Below the pieces are notes generated by a model. The model was given only the letters and a program-made list of their open reading frames with translations, was not told the DNA's origin and ran no database searches. This document shows, piece by piece, positions 10,879-23,439 of a stretch of 54,884 bases of DNA. The position numbers and the translations under genes were made by a program. This stretch comes from Octopus bimaculoides (Eukaryota): contig NC_069005.1 of assembly GCF_001194135.2 (NCBI RefSeq), forward strand, positions 26,721,299-26,776,182, in the 5' to 3' direction. The stretch's first letter is position 1. Each line of letters starts with the position of its first letter.

Positions 10879-11009
10879 TATTATTCTTGAACAAGAATGT
10901 TGTTGACAGTGACTTTGAAGCTTCAGCCAGCTAAGCCATTGTCAAACGACGACTTAGCTGGCCGAAACTTTGAAATCATCGTCAACAACCTTCTTGTTTG
11001 AGAATAATA
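10879..11009. repeat. 131-bp foldback of two inverted, decayed hammerhead-like / Penelope-terminal-like motifs
   Basis: Arms of about 57 bp, including a perfect gccagctaag/cttagctggc, around a 17-nt loop. The hammerhead reading is a reconstruction. Confidence 0.7.
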
Positions 11010-11035
11010 GATACATATATATCATCATCATATAT

Positions 11036-11069
<34 letters not shown>

Positions 11070-11083
<14 letters not shown>

Positions 11084-11560
11084 GTTTAACGTCCACTCTC
11101 CACGCTGGCATGGGTTGGACGGTTTGACTGAGGACTGGCAAACCAGATGGCTGCACCAGCCCCCAATCTGATCTGGCAGAATTTCTACAGCTGGATGCCC
11201 TTCCTAATGCCAACCACTCCGAGAGTGTAGTGGGTGCTTTTACATGNNNNNNNNNNTGAGGGCCAGTCAGGCGGTACTGACAACGGCTACACTCAAAATG
11301 GTGTTTTTTACGTGCCACCTGCACAGGAGCTAGTCCAGCGGCACTGGCAACAACCTCGCTCAAATTTTGTTTTTCATGTGCCACCGGCACAAGTGCCAGT
11401 AAGGTGATGCTGGTAACAATCCCGCTCAAATGATGCTTTTTATGTGCCACCGGCAAGGGAGCCAGTCAGCGGCCCTGGCAACGATCACACTCGGATGGTG
11501 CTTTTAACGTTCCACTGGCACGGGTGCCTGTCATGCGGTGCTGTCATCAGCCACATCAGT
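11070..11560 (-). mobile_element. RTE-tailed family F with internal ~62-bp tandem repeats
   Basis: (GAT)n tail, ccgtccaacccatgc end, and repeated gtgccaccggcac...cactggcaac units. Confidence 0.85.
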
Positions 11561-12079
11561 GAATTTGATTGTTAAATGATGATCATGATGTACAAGAACA
11601 CACACACACACAGACACACACACACATGCACAACCATTTAAGAGGAGATATTAAAGTTTTAACTATCATAAACCAATTCAGTCAAGGGGAAATTATCTAC
11701 AGATAAATAAAGAAAAACAAAACAAAAAAAAATAGGAAACTTAACCTAACCCCACTATAATCACCGTTACAGCAAGGTATCACAATATCTACCAAAGCAA
11801 TAGGATTAGATTTTTAACTAAATTTGGGGTGAGGGTTGTTTTAAGATTGTTAAAGATAAGAAATTTTAAAAAATAATAAAAAGATTTCTCTGCTTTAGAA
11901 CTTATTTATTTAGAGATGGGCGCCAATGCCAGACAAAATCTTGCCATCTCAGCAATATCAATTAAATGATGCTTCTGAAAGAGTGATAAATATTATTATT
12001 AATGTATTAAAAATGAGGTGGTGCGATAGATTAAAGAACTGTAAAAAAAACCAACTGCTTGGATTTGCCTTTGAATTAT

Positions 12080-12930
12080 AAAGCAAACACACACACACCC
12101 ACACACACACATAGATGGGGGTGAGAGGTAAGTAATGAAAGAATGTGTGTGTGTGTGTGTGTGTGTGTATGTAGGAGCATGTGCGTGTGAGTGTACATAG
12201 GAGCATGTGTGTGTGAGTGTAGATAGGAGCATGTGTGTGTACGAGTGTGTGTGAGTATGTGCAGTAACATGTGAGAGTGTGAATGCATGTAGCGGTGTGT
12301 GTGTGAGTGTGTATAAGGGTATGTGTGTCTGTATGTGAAATACCATGTGTAGTGGTGAGTTTGGATGAAAGCAGGAGCATGTGTGAGCACAGGAGTATGT
12401 AAGAGTACAGGGGCACATAAGAGCACAGGGGCAAATGAGGGTGCAAGGGCACATGAGTGCAGGGGCACGAGAGCGCAAGGGCACATGAGAGCGCAGGGGC
12501 ACGTGAGAGCATAATGGTATGTATATGTCTGTATATGTGATAGTGTAAAGTTGTGTAAATGTAGAATTTGTGTATGTGTGTGGTTGAGTGTGAAAAAGAG
12601 AGTAAAGGTCTATATGAGTGAGACAAAGAGTGAGAGTAAAGGTCTATATGAGTGAGAGAAAGAGTGAGAGTAGAGATCTATATGAGAGAAAGAATAGAGG
12701 TCTATGAGAGATAGAGAGAAAGAGAGGGTAGAATTTTGAAAGAGAGAGAAAGTAGACTATATGAGAGAGGAAAGAGAGAATAGAAGTCTGAGAGAGAGAA
12801 AGTGAGAGTAGCGGTCAATGAGAGAGAGAGTAGAGATCTATATGAGAGAAAAAGAGAGTAGAGATCTATGAGAGAGTTGTTATATGTGTGTAGGGTTATG
12901 TGATAAATTAGAGTAGATATAGTGAGTGAG

Positions 12931-12976
<46 letters not shown>

Positions 12977-13030
12977 GAGAGAAGTATATAAGAGAGCAGA
13001 GTTATGTGTGAAAGTGTAGATGTATGTCTG
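12080..13030. repeat. Compound low-complexity block: (TG)n, 18-bp minisatellite, (GA)-rich repeat
   Basis: gagcRcaggggcacatga units at 12385-12510 and gagagtagagatctatat units at 12600-12875. Confidence 0.9.
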
Positions 13031-13459
13031 TAGGAGTGTGTGAAGGAACACGTGAGCACACATTTGCATATGCGCACTAATATTTGTGTGTACATCTACA
13101 AATTAACACAGATCTCCACAATGTGTGAAAACATGCACACACATTTTTATGTACATACACACACACACACTGTGTTTGTAGATGTTTTTGTGTACACTTA
13201 AGTGTGTGTGTGTGTCTAACTGAGCCCAAGTGCCAACTTGACCTTACAGTAACCATCGAAACATGTAAGTTAATTAGTCATCTCTGGTCAGTGCTACTTA
13301 CTACTGCTCTTTGCAACAATGGACCATACCAACCTGCAACACCTACTTACAGTGAAGTGAACTCATCTGTTGACTTTTACGAAACATACTTTGGTAAAAT
13401 GCAGTGAGTAGGTAAATCTAATAAAAATTTGAAACGTGTCTCGCGCTGTCTTCCATACT

Positions 13460-13585
13460 CGACAAAACCTAATAACAAATGTTGCTAATGTTACTGAGAA
13501 AATCCAGCGGAGAAGAATGAGAATTGCCAGTCATTGTGTCAGGCACCCAGAAGAACCTGTGTGTCAATTGGTCTTATGGCAAACG
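13460..13585 (+). mobile_element. RTE-clade LINE C-terminal fragment
   Basis: NVTEKIQRRRMRIASHCVRHPEEPVCQLVLWQ resembles the RRRLRLAGHCxRH motif of RTE-clade ORF2. Confidence 0.7.
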
Positions 13586-13731
13586 CCTAACCCAGTGATC
13601 CACAATGTGGGGCATACACCCCACCAGTGGCGCCTGGGCGAATTGTGGTGGGCCATGATGCTGTAGTTGCCAGGCACAAGGTTCTCATTAAAGTGATTCC
13701 CTTTTTTTCTTAATCAATAATGTACTTCTTT

Positions 13732-14124
13732 TTGTTGTTGGCACTCCGTCGCTTACAACATCGAGGGTTCCAGTTGATTCGATCCAACGGAACAGCCTGC
13801 TCGTGAAAATAAAACGTGCAAGTGGCTGAGCACTCCACACACAGACACGTGTACCCTTAACATAGTTCTCGGGGATATTCAGCGTGACACAGTGTGACAA
13901 GGCTGGCCCTTTGAAATACAGGTACAACTGAAACAGGAAGAAAGAATGAGAGAAAGTTGTGGTGAAAGAGTACAGCAGGGTTCGCCACCATCCCCTGCTG
14001 GAGCCTCGTGGAGCTTTAGGTGTTTTCGCTCAATAAACACTCACAATGCCCGGTCTGGGAATCAAAACCGCGATCCTATGACCACGAGTCCGCTGCCCTA
14101 ACCACTGGGCCATTGCACCACCAC
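13732..14124 (-). mobile_element. Full-length tRNA-derived SINE family C
   Basis: Head gtggtggtgcaatggcccagtggttag...ggttttgattcc, tail gagtgccaacaacaa, TSD acttcttt at 13724 and 14125. Confidence 0.9.
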
Positions 14125-15276
14125 ACTTCTTTCTTTTGTACACAGTACTTAATAAAAGAGTTACCAGTAGATTCTTTTGTTTTAAATAACTGTGATAAAA
14201 TATCAAAAATAAAGTTTCTTTCCAACTACATATGGGGCATAGGCTTTTCCTGAAAGTTATAGTGGGAGCTGGGGGAAAATAGATTGGGAAACACTGGTCT
14301 AACCTATGTGGACATCTTGTTTCTGGACAGTGGAATGGCAAATGTCAACAAATTAAGAACATGAATGGGGTATCGTTATGGATGGCGTGCTTATGTGAAA
14401 GATGCTGTTTTTCACCAGCATGGGTGCCTCTAATGTGTCACTGGCACAGGTGCCTCTTATGTGTTACCAGCACAGGTCACGGCAACGATTTCACTTAGAG
14501 TGACATGTCTTCTTTAGCACAAGGAATTTAAACTCAGAGTGCAGAGACAGAACATCTGATGTTCTTGTGGTTCCACCAGTCCACTGCCAAAGAAAGAGAC
14601 TCCTTATCAACCCTGGACAGATGAAGGGTAAAGTTGACCTCAGCAGGATTTGAACTCAGAATGCAAGAAGCTGGAATGAATCTTACAATAGGGTAGGATT
14701 CACTCTAAAATGAAGCCCCACATATATAATGTAAGCTGTTACAATGACTAACAGAGAAATCATCCAGAGGACAGCTTTTTCCTACTAATAATTAAAATAA
14801 TCTGAGTCATTGACCATATTTATCTTTTTTTCACTGTATAATTATTTCTAATTAGCTTTCACATTAGCTCAACACATTAATTAAATGTTAAAACTAACTT
14901 CTCAAAATGAAATAGGTGCAGGCATGGCTGTGTGGCAAGAAGTTTGCTTCCCGACCACATGATTCCAGGTTCAATCTCACTACGTGGTGCCTTGGGGAGC
15001 AATTGTCTCCTATGATAGATAGCCCTGAGCTGACCAAAGCCTTGTGAGTGGATTTGGTGAAAGGAAAATGAAAGAAGCCCATCGTACACACACCGATTAC
15101 ATCAACCCCAGTGCTCAACTGGTACTAATTTTATCAACCCCAAAAGGATGAAAGAAAAAGTTGATTCAGCAGCATTTGAACTCAGAACATTCATTTCAGA
15201 TATTCTCATTTTAAATCACTGAGAGGACATTGGTGTTGCCTTGGCAGAGGTTCGCACTCTCTGAGTACTCATTATT

Positions 15277-16080
15277 AAGGCGGCGAGCTGGCAGAACCAT
15301 TAATACAGAGGACAAAACGCTTAGCGGTATTTCATCTGCCACTACTCTCTGAGTTCAAATTCCACTGAAGTTGACTTTGCCTTTCATCTATTCGGGGTCA
15401 ATAAATTAAGGACCAGTTGCATCTGGAGTCAATCTAATCGACTAGCTCCCTCCCCTAAAATTTCAGGCCCTGTGCCTGTAGTAGAAAGGATTATTATTAT
15501 TAATATTATTATGGCAGTGAGCTGGCAGAATCGTTAATGCACTGGACGAATTGCTTAGCAGTATTTCGCCCATCACTATGTTCTGAGTTCAAATTCCGCA
15601 GAGGTCAACTTTACCTTTCATCCTTCAGGGGTCGAGAAAATAAGTACCAGTTGAACACTGGGGTTGATGAAATCGACTTATCCCTTCCCCCAAAATGGCT
15701 GCCCTTGTGGCAAAATTTGAAATCATTATGATTATAACAAGGCAGCAAGTTGGCAGAATCATGAGCAAGTCAGACGCCTGTGTGTTCTGAGTTCAAATTT
15801 CACCAGGGTCAACTTTGCCTTTCATCCTTTTGGGGTTGATAAATTAAGTATCGGTGAAATACTAGGGTGAATATAATCAGTTGGTCCCCTGCCCCAAAAT
15901 TTCTGGTCTCATGCCTATAGTAGAAAGGATTATTATTATTATTATTATTATTATTATCATTATTATTATCCTTTCTACAGGCACAAGGCCTGAAATTTTA
16001 GAGGAGGGGGTTAGTTAATTACATTGACCTTGATGCTGAACTGGTACTTATTTCAATGACCCCGAAAGAATGAATGGCAA
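15277..16080. mobile_element. Array of three plus-strand family A SINEs and one inverted partial copy, separated by (ATT)n
   Basis: Units start near 15277, 15513 and 15740. The minus-strand copy spans 15960-16080. Confidence 0.85.
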
Positions 16081-16139
16081 AACCGTTAGCAACATAATAA
16101 TAATGATTATAATAATAATGGTATGTCAAACAGCTGAAC

Positions 16140-17486
16140 TTTTGCTTTTTACTGTTAGAAATAGCAATACGATACCTTGTGAAAATGTGACACACCCAAA
16201 AACATTTAAGAAACGAGATGAAGAAGAAAGATAAAACAACAGGGAAATGAAAACTATAAATGGGAAATACCTCAGAGAAATGGCAGGAAAAGACAAGACC
16301 AACAACTGGAGGAAAATTGATCTGAAAGGATGCACTGAGGCATTGGATATGCAGAGCCCGGGAACTAGCTCTGAGAACTAATTACACCAGGTTCCAAATA
16401 GATGAGCAGTGAATTGCCCCCTTTGTAGATTGTGTGGCAAAAAAAAAGAACAAAACAATATCACATTTTGTGAGTGAGTGTAGCAGACTGGCCCAAAAGG
16501 AATACAAAAGGAAATGTGATAAAGTAGCTAAGTTTGTTCACTGGAGAATGTGTGAGAAGTACAGTCTTGAAGAACACAGAAATGGTACAAGCATAAACCA
16601 GAAGGCATTACTGAGAATAATGAGTATAAGATCTTGAGGGATTTTACAATCAAGTGTGACTCCGTGATTGATGCTCAGAGACCAGATATTGTTGTGGTGG
16701 ATGTTGTTGTTGGCACTCCATCGCTTACGACGTTGACGGTTCCAGTTGATTCGATCAACGGAACAGCCTGCTTGTGAAAGTAATGTGCAAGTGGCCGAGC
16801 ACTCCACAGACACGTGTACCCTTAACATAGTTCTCGGGGATATTCAGCGTGACACAGTGTGACAAGGCTGACCCTTTGAATTACAGGCACAACAGAAACA
16901 GGAAGTAAGAGTGAGAGAAAGTTGTGGTGAAAGAGTACAGCAGGGTTCACCACCATCCCCTGCCAGAGCCTCGTGGAGCTTTAGGTGTTTTCGCTCAATA
17001 AACTCTCACAACGCCCGGTCTGGGAATCGAAACCGCGATCCTATGACCGTGAGTCCGCTTCTCTAACCACTGGGCCATTGCGCCTCCACTGTTGTGGTGG
17101 ATAGAAGGATGGAAACCAAGATCATACATCATACCTGGGGATGCCCAAGTGGGTGACAAAGAGCTGGAAAAGACTGAAAAGCAAGACTTACTAAAAGATG
17201 AAATTGTGCAAACGCGGGCAATGAAGAGAGTAACTGTTAAACCAGTGGATTTTAGGGGCACTGGATGCTTGAGGAATTGTTAGAGAAACTGAGATTAACA
17301 TGAAGGTAGAACATGCTCAGAAAACTGCTTTACTGAGGACAGTAAAGATTTTGAGATTGGTACTTGGGTGTTAAGTATCATGGAAGGACACCCTGAGAGA
17401 TCCTTGGAAATAGGTTGTTGTCCGCTCTTACAGAATTAACAGGAGAAACTGAAATCAAGAGCTCTGAGAAGTGAAATAATAATAAA
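16140..17486 (+). mobile_element. Decayed R4/Dong-type LINE 3' region (CCHC knuckle + restriction-like endonuclease)
   Basis: With frameshifts: CRLCG..TISHFVSECSRLAQKEYKRKCDKVAKFVHW..KWYKHKPE..KILRDFTIKCDSVIDAQRPDIVVVD..IPGDAQVGDKELEK..QKTALLRTVKILRLVL. Ends in an aataataat tail. Confidence 0.9.
16703..17089 (-). mobile_element. Full-length SINE family C inserted in the R4/Dong LINE
   Basis: Perfect 13-bp TSD tgttgtggtggat at 16690-16702 and 17090-17102. Confidence 0.95.
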
Positions 17487-17489
17487 AGC

Positions 17490-17808
17490 AACACCAACTT
17501 CCTCTCGACGATTAGCCGGAGGTGACTTTTAAAATGAGAATATCTGAAATAAACTCAATTGCTCTTACAAACAAGCATACTCAAAATGAACCCAACCGCT
17601 TTCAAAAATGAAGTAAAAAAAACAGGAAAAATAATCCAGAATCCTTGTCCAGGACTGGATTGATCCCAAAATCTAATCAATTCATGCCAGTCACGAGGCC
17701 AAACATCCCTGAAAGTTTCATCAGAATCCATCCAGCAGCTCTTGAGATATCTTGTCCACAGACAAACAAACAAACGTGACTGAAAACAATGCCTTCGCTA
17801 AGGCAGAG

Positions 17809-17811
<3 letters not shown>
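17490..17811 (+). mobile_element. Non-autonomous Helentron-associated-like (HINE/DINE-1-like) element
   Basis: Internal (caaa)n and a terminal gccttcgctaaggcagaggta hairpin. A related head on the minus strand at 15195-15277 carries aacctctgccaaggc. The class assignment comes from remembered architecture. Confidence 0.5.
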
Positions 17812-17853
<42 letters not shown>

Positions 17854-17859
17854 ATAATG

Positions 17860-17893
<34 letters not shown>

Positions 17894-18330
17894 AGATTCC
17901 AAATTTTGGAACAAGGCCAGCAATTTTAGAGGGCGATGGGGTTAGGTGATTACATCAACCTCAGTACTTGACTGGAGCTTTATCAACCCACAAAACGGAT
18001 AAATGGTAAACTTGACCTCAGCAGGGTTTGAACTCAAAATGTAAAGAGCTGAAAGGAATCCTACTAAGCACTTTGTCCAACACACACTAACACTTCTGCT
18101 AGCTCAACAGATTTCTTAGAATGGCACATGACTCAGAGGGTATCCTGGTACAGACACCAATCAAAATAAAAAGACTTAGTGATAAGTAGATATTAATTAT
18201 AAAAAGCATTTGGCTAATTTCCCTATCATACCTAAGCTTCGTTTATTAGGTCAACTGTTTTTTATCGGAGTTGTTGCTGTTGTTGTTGGTGTGGCTTCAC
18301 TTCAGAAGTACAATTATGCAATTCACTGTG

Positions 18331-18368
<38 letters not shown>

Positions 18369-19049
18369 TACATATATATATATAAATACACATATATACA
18401 TATGTACACACACACATATGCATATATATACACATGCTCACACACACACATATATATATGCACACACATACATATACACACACACACATATACATACATA
18501 TATACACACATATACGTACATATATATGTATGTATATATGTGTGTGTATATATGTATGTATGTATATATGTATACACACATTTATTTATATNNNNNNNNN
18601 NNNNNNNNNNNNNNNNNNNNNNNNNNNNNNNNNNNNNNNNNNNNNNNNNNNNNNNNNNNNNNNNNNNNNNNNNNNNNNNNNNNNNNNNNNNNNNNNNNNN
18701 NNNNNNNNNNNNNNNNNNNNNGTGTGTGTATTTTTCCCTTGTTAACAATTAACACAGAAAAAAATAGATAAATAGTTACCAGGGTAGCAAAAAAATCACA
18801 CAAGTAAAAAGGTTGTAACTCCTTGTTTTTAAAGGTAGAAAATCTGGGTTCACATGAAATATTTTGTATAATATATATAAATAAATAAATGGAGTTAAAC
18901 GCAGGTGTTATTCAAATTCTTGGCAAATGAAAGACGGAAGATGGAACATATGAGAATTTATTATTAATGACGAAAATTGTATTCTTTCTCTGAGTGAATT
19001 CTCAAATTGTGACATTATGGTGGTATACAATGTGTATCACAGTTGGAGG

Positions 19050-19760
19050 AATTACCAGTGTTGTGTATGCCTGCTTCTTGTATATATTGAATATTTTCAC
19101 AGTACCCAGCCCTAGTTAGAGCTGCATTATAAGTTGCAGGTGATTCAAAAATTTTATTATTAGCTGATAATCTAGAGATTCTTGTAGAAATATTTTTAAC
19201 TAGCAAAATGCAGCAAATGTTCAACAACCCACCAACTGGATCTAGTGAACATTTCCAATTAAATACCAACCAAGGAGATGTAAATCGCAATGATAAACAC
19301 CAACAACAACCAATTTGTAGTAGATGATACAGCTAACACGGAAACAATGCCGGTAAATGGAGTCGGGACTGCCTTATATACAAATAAATATGATAAATGT
19401 TCATGCAGAGAAAAATCAAAATGTCCTTTGATGAATCTCTGTATGAGTATAAATCTTGCATATAAGTGTACTGTCCACACAAGGGGGTGGGCTGTATGTT
19501 TACACCGGGCAGACAGCTGATTCATTTAAGAATCGTTATTGTAACCATGTTGCCAGCTTTAAGACAATCAATAAGAGACATTCAACATCTTTGGCAGATT
19601 TTATATGGCAACTGAAGGAGGATAGAATGAAGTACATCATTAATCGGTCCATAGTAAGGTACACGAAACCATACAATATAATTTCCACGAGATGCCGTCT
19701 CTGCTCCAAGGAATCCCTCTCTATTCCGTGGACTAACAAATTTTACAACTTGCAAAATAA
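19050..19760. mobile_element. Penelope-like element fragment: GIY-YIG endonuclease (+) with inverted RT-EN linker (-)
   Basis: Plus strand: CSCREKSKCPL..C..YKCTV..YTGQTADSFKNRYCNHVASF..STSLADFIWQLK..RCRLC. Minus strand 19050-19210: ISTRISRLSANNKIFE..YNAALTRAGYCENIQY. Confidence 0.85.
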
Positions 19761-19828
19761 ACACAGCAATGTCACTGAGCACACCGTCTCATGAAGGTCA
19801 CTGCTAGCTCTCACTGTGCATGCAACCA

Positions 19829-20134
19829 TTGTTGTTGGCACTCCGTCGCTTATGACGTCGAGGGTTCCAGTTGATCCGATCAACAGAACAGCCTGCTCGT
19901 GGAATTAACGTGCAAGTGGCTGAGCACTCCACAGACACGTGTACCCTTAACATAGTTCTCGGGGATATTCAGCGTGACACAGTGTGACAAGGCTGGCCCC
20001 TTTGAATTACAGGCACAATAGAAACAGGAAGTAAGAGTGAGAGAAAGTTGTGGTGGAAGAGTACAGCAGGGTTTGCCGCCATCTCCTGCCGGAGCCTCGT
20101 GGAGCTTGAGGTGTTTTCGCTCAATAAACACTCA
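19829..20134 (-). mobile_element. SINE family C, cut by an assembly gap
   Basis: Near-identical to 13732-14124 and 16703-17089. Confidence 0.9.
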
Positions 20135-21368
20135 NNNNNNNNNNNNNNNNNNNNNNNNNNNNNNNNNNNNNNNNNNNNNNNNNNNNNNNNNNNNNNNNNN
20201 NNNNNNNNNNNNNNNNNNNNNNNNNNNNNNNNNNNNNNNNNNNNNNNNNNNNNNNNNNNNNNNNNNNNNNNNNNNNNNNNNNNNNNNNNNNNNNNNNNNN
20301 NNNNNNNNNNNNNNNNNNNNNNNNNNNNNNNNNNNNNNNNNNNNNNNNNNNNNNNNNNNNNNNNNNNNNNNNNNNNNNNNNNNNNNNNNNNNNNNNNNNN
20401 NNNNNNNNNNNNNNNNNNNNNNNNNNNNNNNNNNNNNNNNNNNNNNNNNNNNNNNNNNNNNNNNNNNNNNNNNNNNNNNNNNNNNNNNNNNNNNNNNNNN
20501 NNNNNNNNNNNNNNNNNNNNNNNNNNNNNNNNNNNNNNNNNNNNNNNNNNNNNNNNNNNNNNNNNNNNNNNNNNNNNNNNNNNNNNNNNNNNNNNNNNNN
20601 NNNNNNNNNNNNNNNNNNNNNNNNNNNNNNNTTTTTTTTTTTTTTTTGTTTTTTAACCTTCTCCCCTCACCTATTCATTTGTCATAATCAGCAGTACCCA
20701 GAAGCCAAGCAACAGGAAAATAAAACCCTTCTTTCACCCCTACACCTGCATGTCCCTTCTGGATGATGAGTGTTCTTTAAGGAATCTCTGCAGAATCTGG
20801 AAACTATTTACAACCATTAATGCATAACTTATTCCTTTTCTTTTCTCATTAATTCCTTTTTTACAGATATCCCATTTATTTTTTTTATTCCCCCACCTCA
20901 CCTTTTCTTTCAATCCCAACACATGTTGAACGGTTTCCATGGACACTTTCAGGGAATTCCACAAAACGAACGCAGTACATGGACCACATGAGTAATTGGT
21001 TAAAAACAACAAAGACAACAAGGATTACATGAGTAATCGGTTAAGAAGAGCTGATTCAATGTTATGATTCTCCCCCATGGTCCATAAGTTCAAATCTAAC
21101 CATAGCCACTGTATTGTAAACCCAAATAAACTCCACAAGTTTTCACGCCAGGTTGCTTAGCTGAACAAATAAAAGAAGAAAAAACAGTAGGGTTGCACCA
21201 ATCTGTAGGCTGTCACATATGTAATGTAGTGAACATGGAAAACTTTGATCGAATGAAATTATCCAGGTATGGATGTATGGTTCATAATCACATGGTTTCA
21301 GGTTCAGTCCCAGTACAGTCCTGACCTGACCAAAGCCTTGTGAATGGATTTAGCAGACAGAAACTGAA

Positions 21369-21601
21369 AAGGCGGTGAGCTGGCAGAAACGTTAGCACGC
21401 CGGGCGAAATGCTTAGCGGTATTTCGTCTGCCGTTACGTTCTGAGTTCAAATTCCGCCGAGGTCGACTTTGCCTTTCATCCTTTCGGGGTCGATTAAATA
21501 AGTACCAGTTATGCACTCGGGTCGATGTAATCAACTTAATCCCTTTGTCTGTCCTTGTTTGTCCCCTCTATGTTTAGCCCCTTGAGGGCAATAAAGGAAT
21601 A
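21369..21601 (+). mobile_element. SINE A2 nested in a family B SINE (about 21275-21880)
   Basis: agaaactg is duplicated at 21359 and 21602, and family B sequence resumes after the insert. Confidence 0.85.
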
Positions 21602-22672
21602 AGAAACTGGAAAGCCTGTTGTACTTAAATACACACGTGTGTGTGTGAGAGATGGGGGGGAGAAAGAAAGAAAGAAAGAAAGAAAAAAGAAAGAAAGAGA
21701 GAGCCCTCCACCACTATTTGACAAGTGTTTTTTTTTTTTCGTGTCCCCTTAATTTAGCAGATCAGCAGAAGCAATCAATAGAATAAGTGGCAGACTAAGA
21801 ACAGGGATCAACTTATTTGATTAAAAACCTACAAGGTGGTGCCCCAGCAGGGTTGCAGTCCAATGACTGAAACAATAAATTAGTAGATGAAAACCACCTC
21901 TTAAAAAAATTTGACAAACAAGAGAGGTGACTACTTTAAGATAAGATCATTGTTAAGTCTAAGAATGAAGAAAACGGCTATTGATCTAAATCTAATAGCA
22001 CCAAGAAAGCTGAGGGTGAACTAAATCTATAATAATAAATGTGAAATTCTGTCTGTCAGTCTGTCTGTCCGGGACCCCTTTATCTGTCTACATTTACTCT
22101 ACATAGATATGTTATACCTTTTTGGAATCAGGATGATCCCAGAATTGAAAATCTGCCCTTCATTTGGTTTTTGAACATCCAGCATTGGAATCAGGTCTGG
22201 ATGAGGATTTGTTATATGGTAACAGATGAAAAGCCAGATTGCAGCTTTTAAGCTAGTTGTAAATATATCTAGTATATTGTATCCAATGGGCCTTTTTTTT
22301 AAGGCACATAGGTAGGATTTGAGATTTTCAGCTGCCATTTCTAGCGGGGTGAATGACTACATACAGGCACATTAGTAGTATGATAGAGGCAGTCTGTGAA
22401 ACAATAATAACCAGAAGTTTTAGAATCTAATGATACCAGGTTCCAGCTTAACACAGTTACCATAATGTTCTGTTAATAAGTACAATGGAACCAATTCCGC
22501 TTTAAGAACGTATTTGAAGAACTGGAAACAATTTGGAAAGACAAAAATCTAAAGCAAAAGTTTCAAGTTCAGACATTTAAGAAAGTGTTGAAAAGAAGAA
22601 AAAAGGTACCTACATCACTTCTCTCTCTTTCTCTCTCATTACATGCCATCCACCTACCTACCCACAAGTGCG

Positions 22673-22706
<34 letters not shown>

Positions 22707-23439
22707 ATGAAAAAAAATATCAGAAACACAAATACACCGAGTTATCAAAAATTGTTGATAAACTCAGCTGAAAACCGCAAAACCTTAAAATAAGATAACA
22801 TAGAAAAAGAAAAAAGGAGAAGAGACAGACAGACAGAGAAACGGAGATAGATAGATAGACTGATAGATAGATAGGTGGTAAAAGTGAAAGAAAGAGAGAG
22901 AGAGAGAGACAAAGGGAAAGAAAGAGAGAAAATGATTTCTATGACATTTGTAATCTACAATCGTGTTAAAATGGAAAGCAAGATCGTTTCCAAGATTACA
23001 GACTTATAAATAATATTCTGTGCATAAAATCAGCTCAGCATTTTTTGAATTTTTTAATTTTTTTTTTATGTAATAGAATTTTAATCAGCAGGAATTCCTG
23101 CTGGAGAGAAGCTATGTAAAGAATGCACAAAGGTGAGGGATATTCCTGCTAGGCATACAATTCATTTTCGCACAGTTCAACAAGGGAATACATTTTGTTT
23201 TTTTTTTTTGTTTTTTTTTTTTTGTTTAAAGATCTTTCACGACCTTATTTCTAAAGAAATACACAATCTAAATGCTTTAATTACCTTTGAAAATATTTAT
23301 AAACTCGGGAGGGATTTGACAAAATAACTTTTTCCTTTCTTATGTGGTACTGGCACCACAAGAGTACAATCTCAAATACTAACAGCTAAAGTGGAGTAAT
23401 GTTACTCATTAGAGTGTAGCTTAGAGATCAATGAATCTC

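Noticed and set aside
13351-13417. Minus-strand AG..GTAAGT pair enclosing 67 nt
   Set aside because: Frame-shifting length, stops in two frames, and no ACAP similarity.
14060-14124. tRNA-like sequences here and in other SINE heads
   Set aside because: They continue into SINE bodies with tails and TSDs and lack a complete cloverleaf, so they are not tRNA genes.
15277-15930. Repeat-spacer appearance reminiscent of CRISPR
   Set aside because: Units are ~220-bp SINEs with (ATT)n linkers in eukaryotic DNA, and there are no cas genes.
20746-20796. Minus-strand exon-like ILQRFLKEHSSSRRDMQ resembling ACAP LQNFVKE
   Set aside because: Weak donor, wrong boundaries relative to the ACAP alignment, and no similarity beyond the short motif.
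23077-23132. Plus-strand AG..GTGAGG exon-like segment (NFNQQEFLLERSYVKNAQ)
   Set aside because: Antisense to ACAP, with no partner exons and no recognisable protein. The VKNAQ match to ACAP is on the wrong strand.
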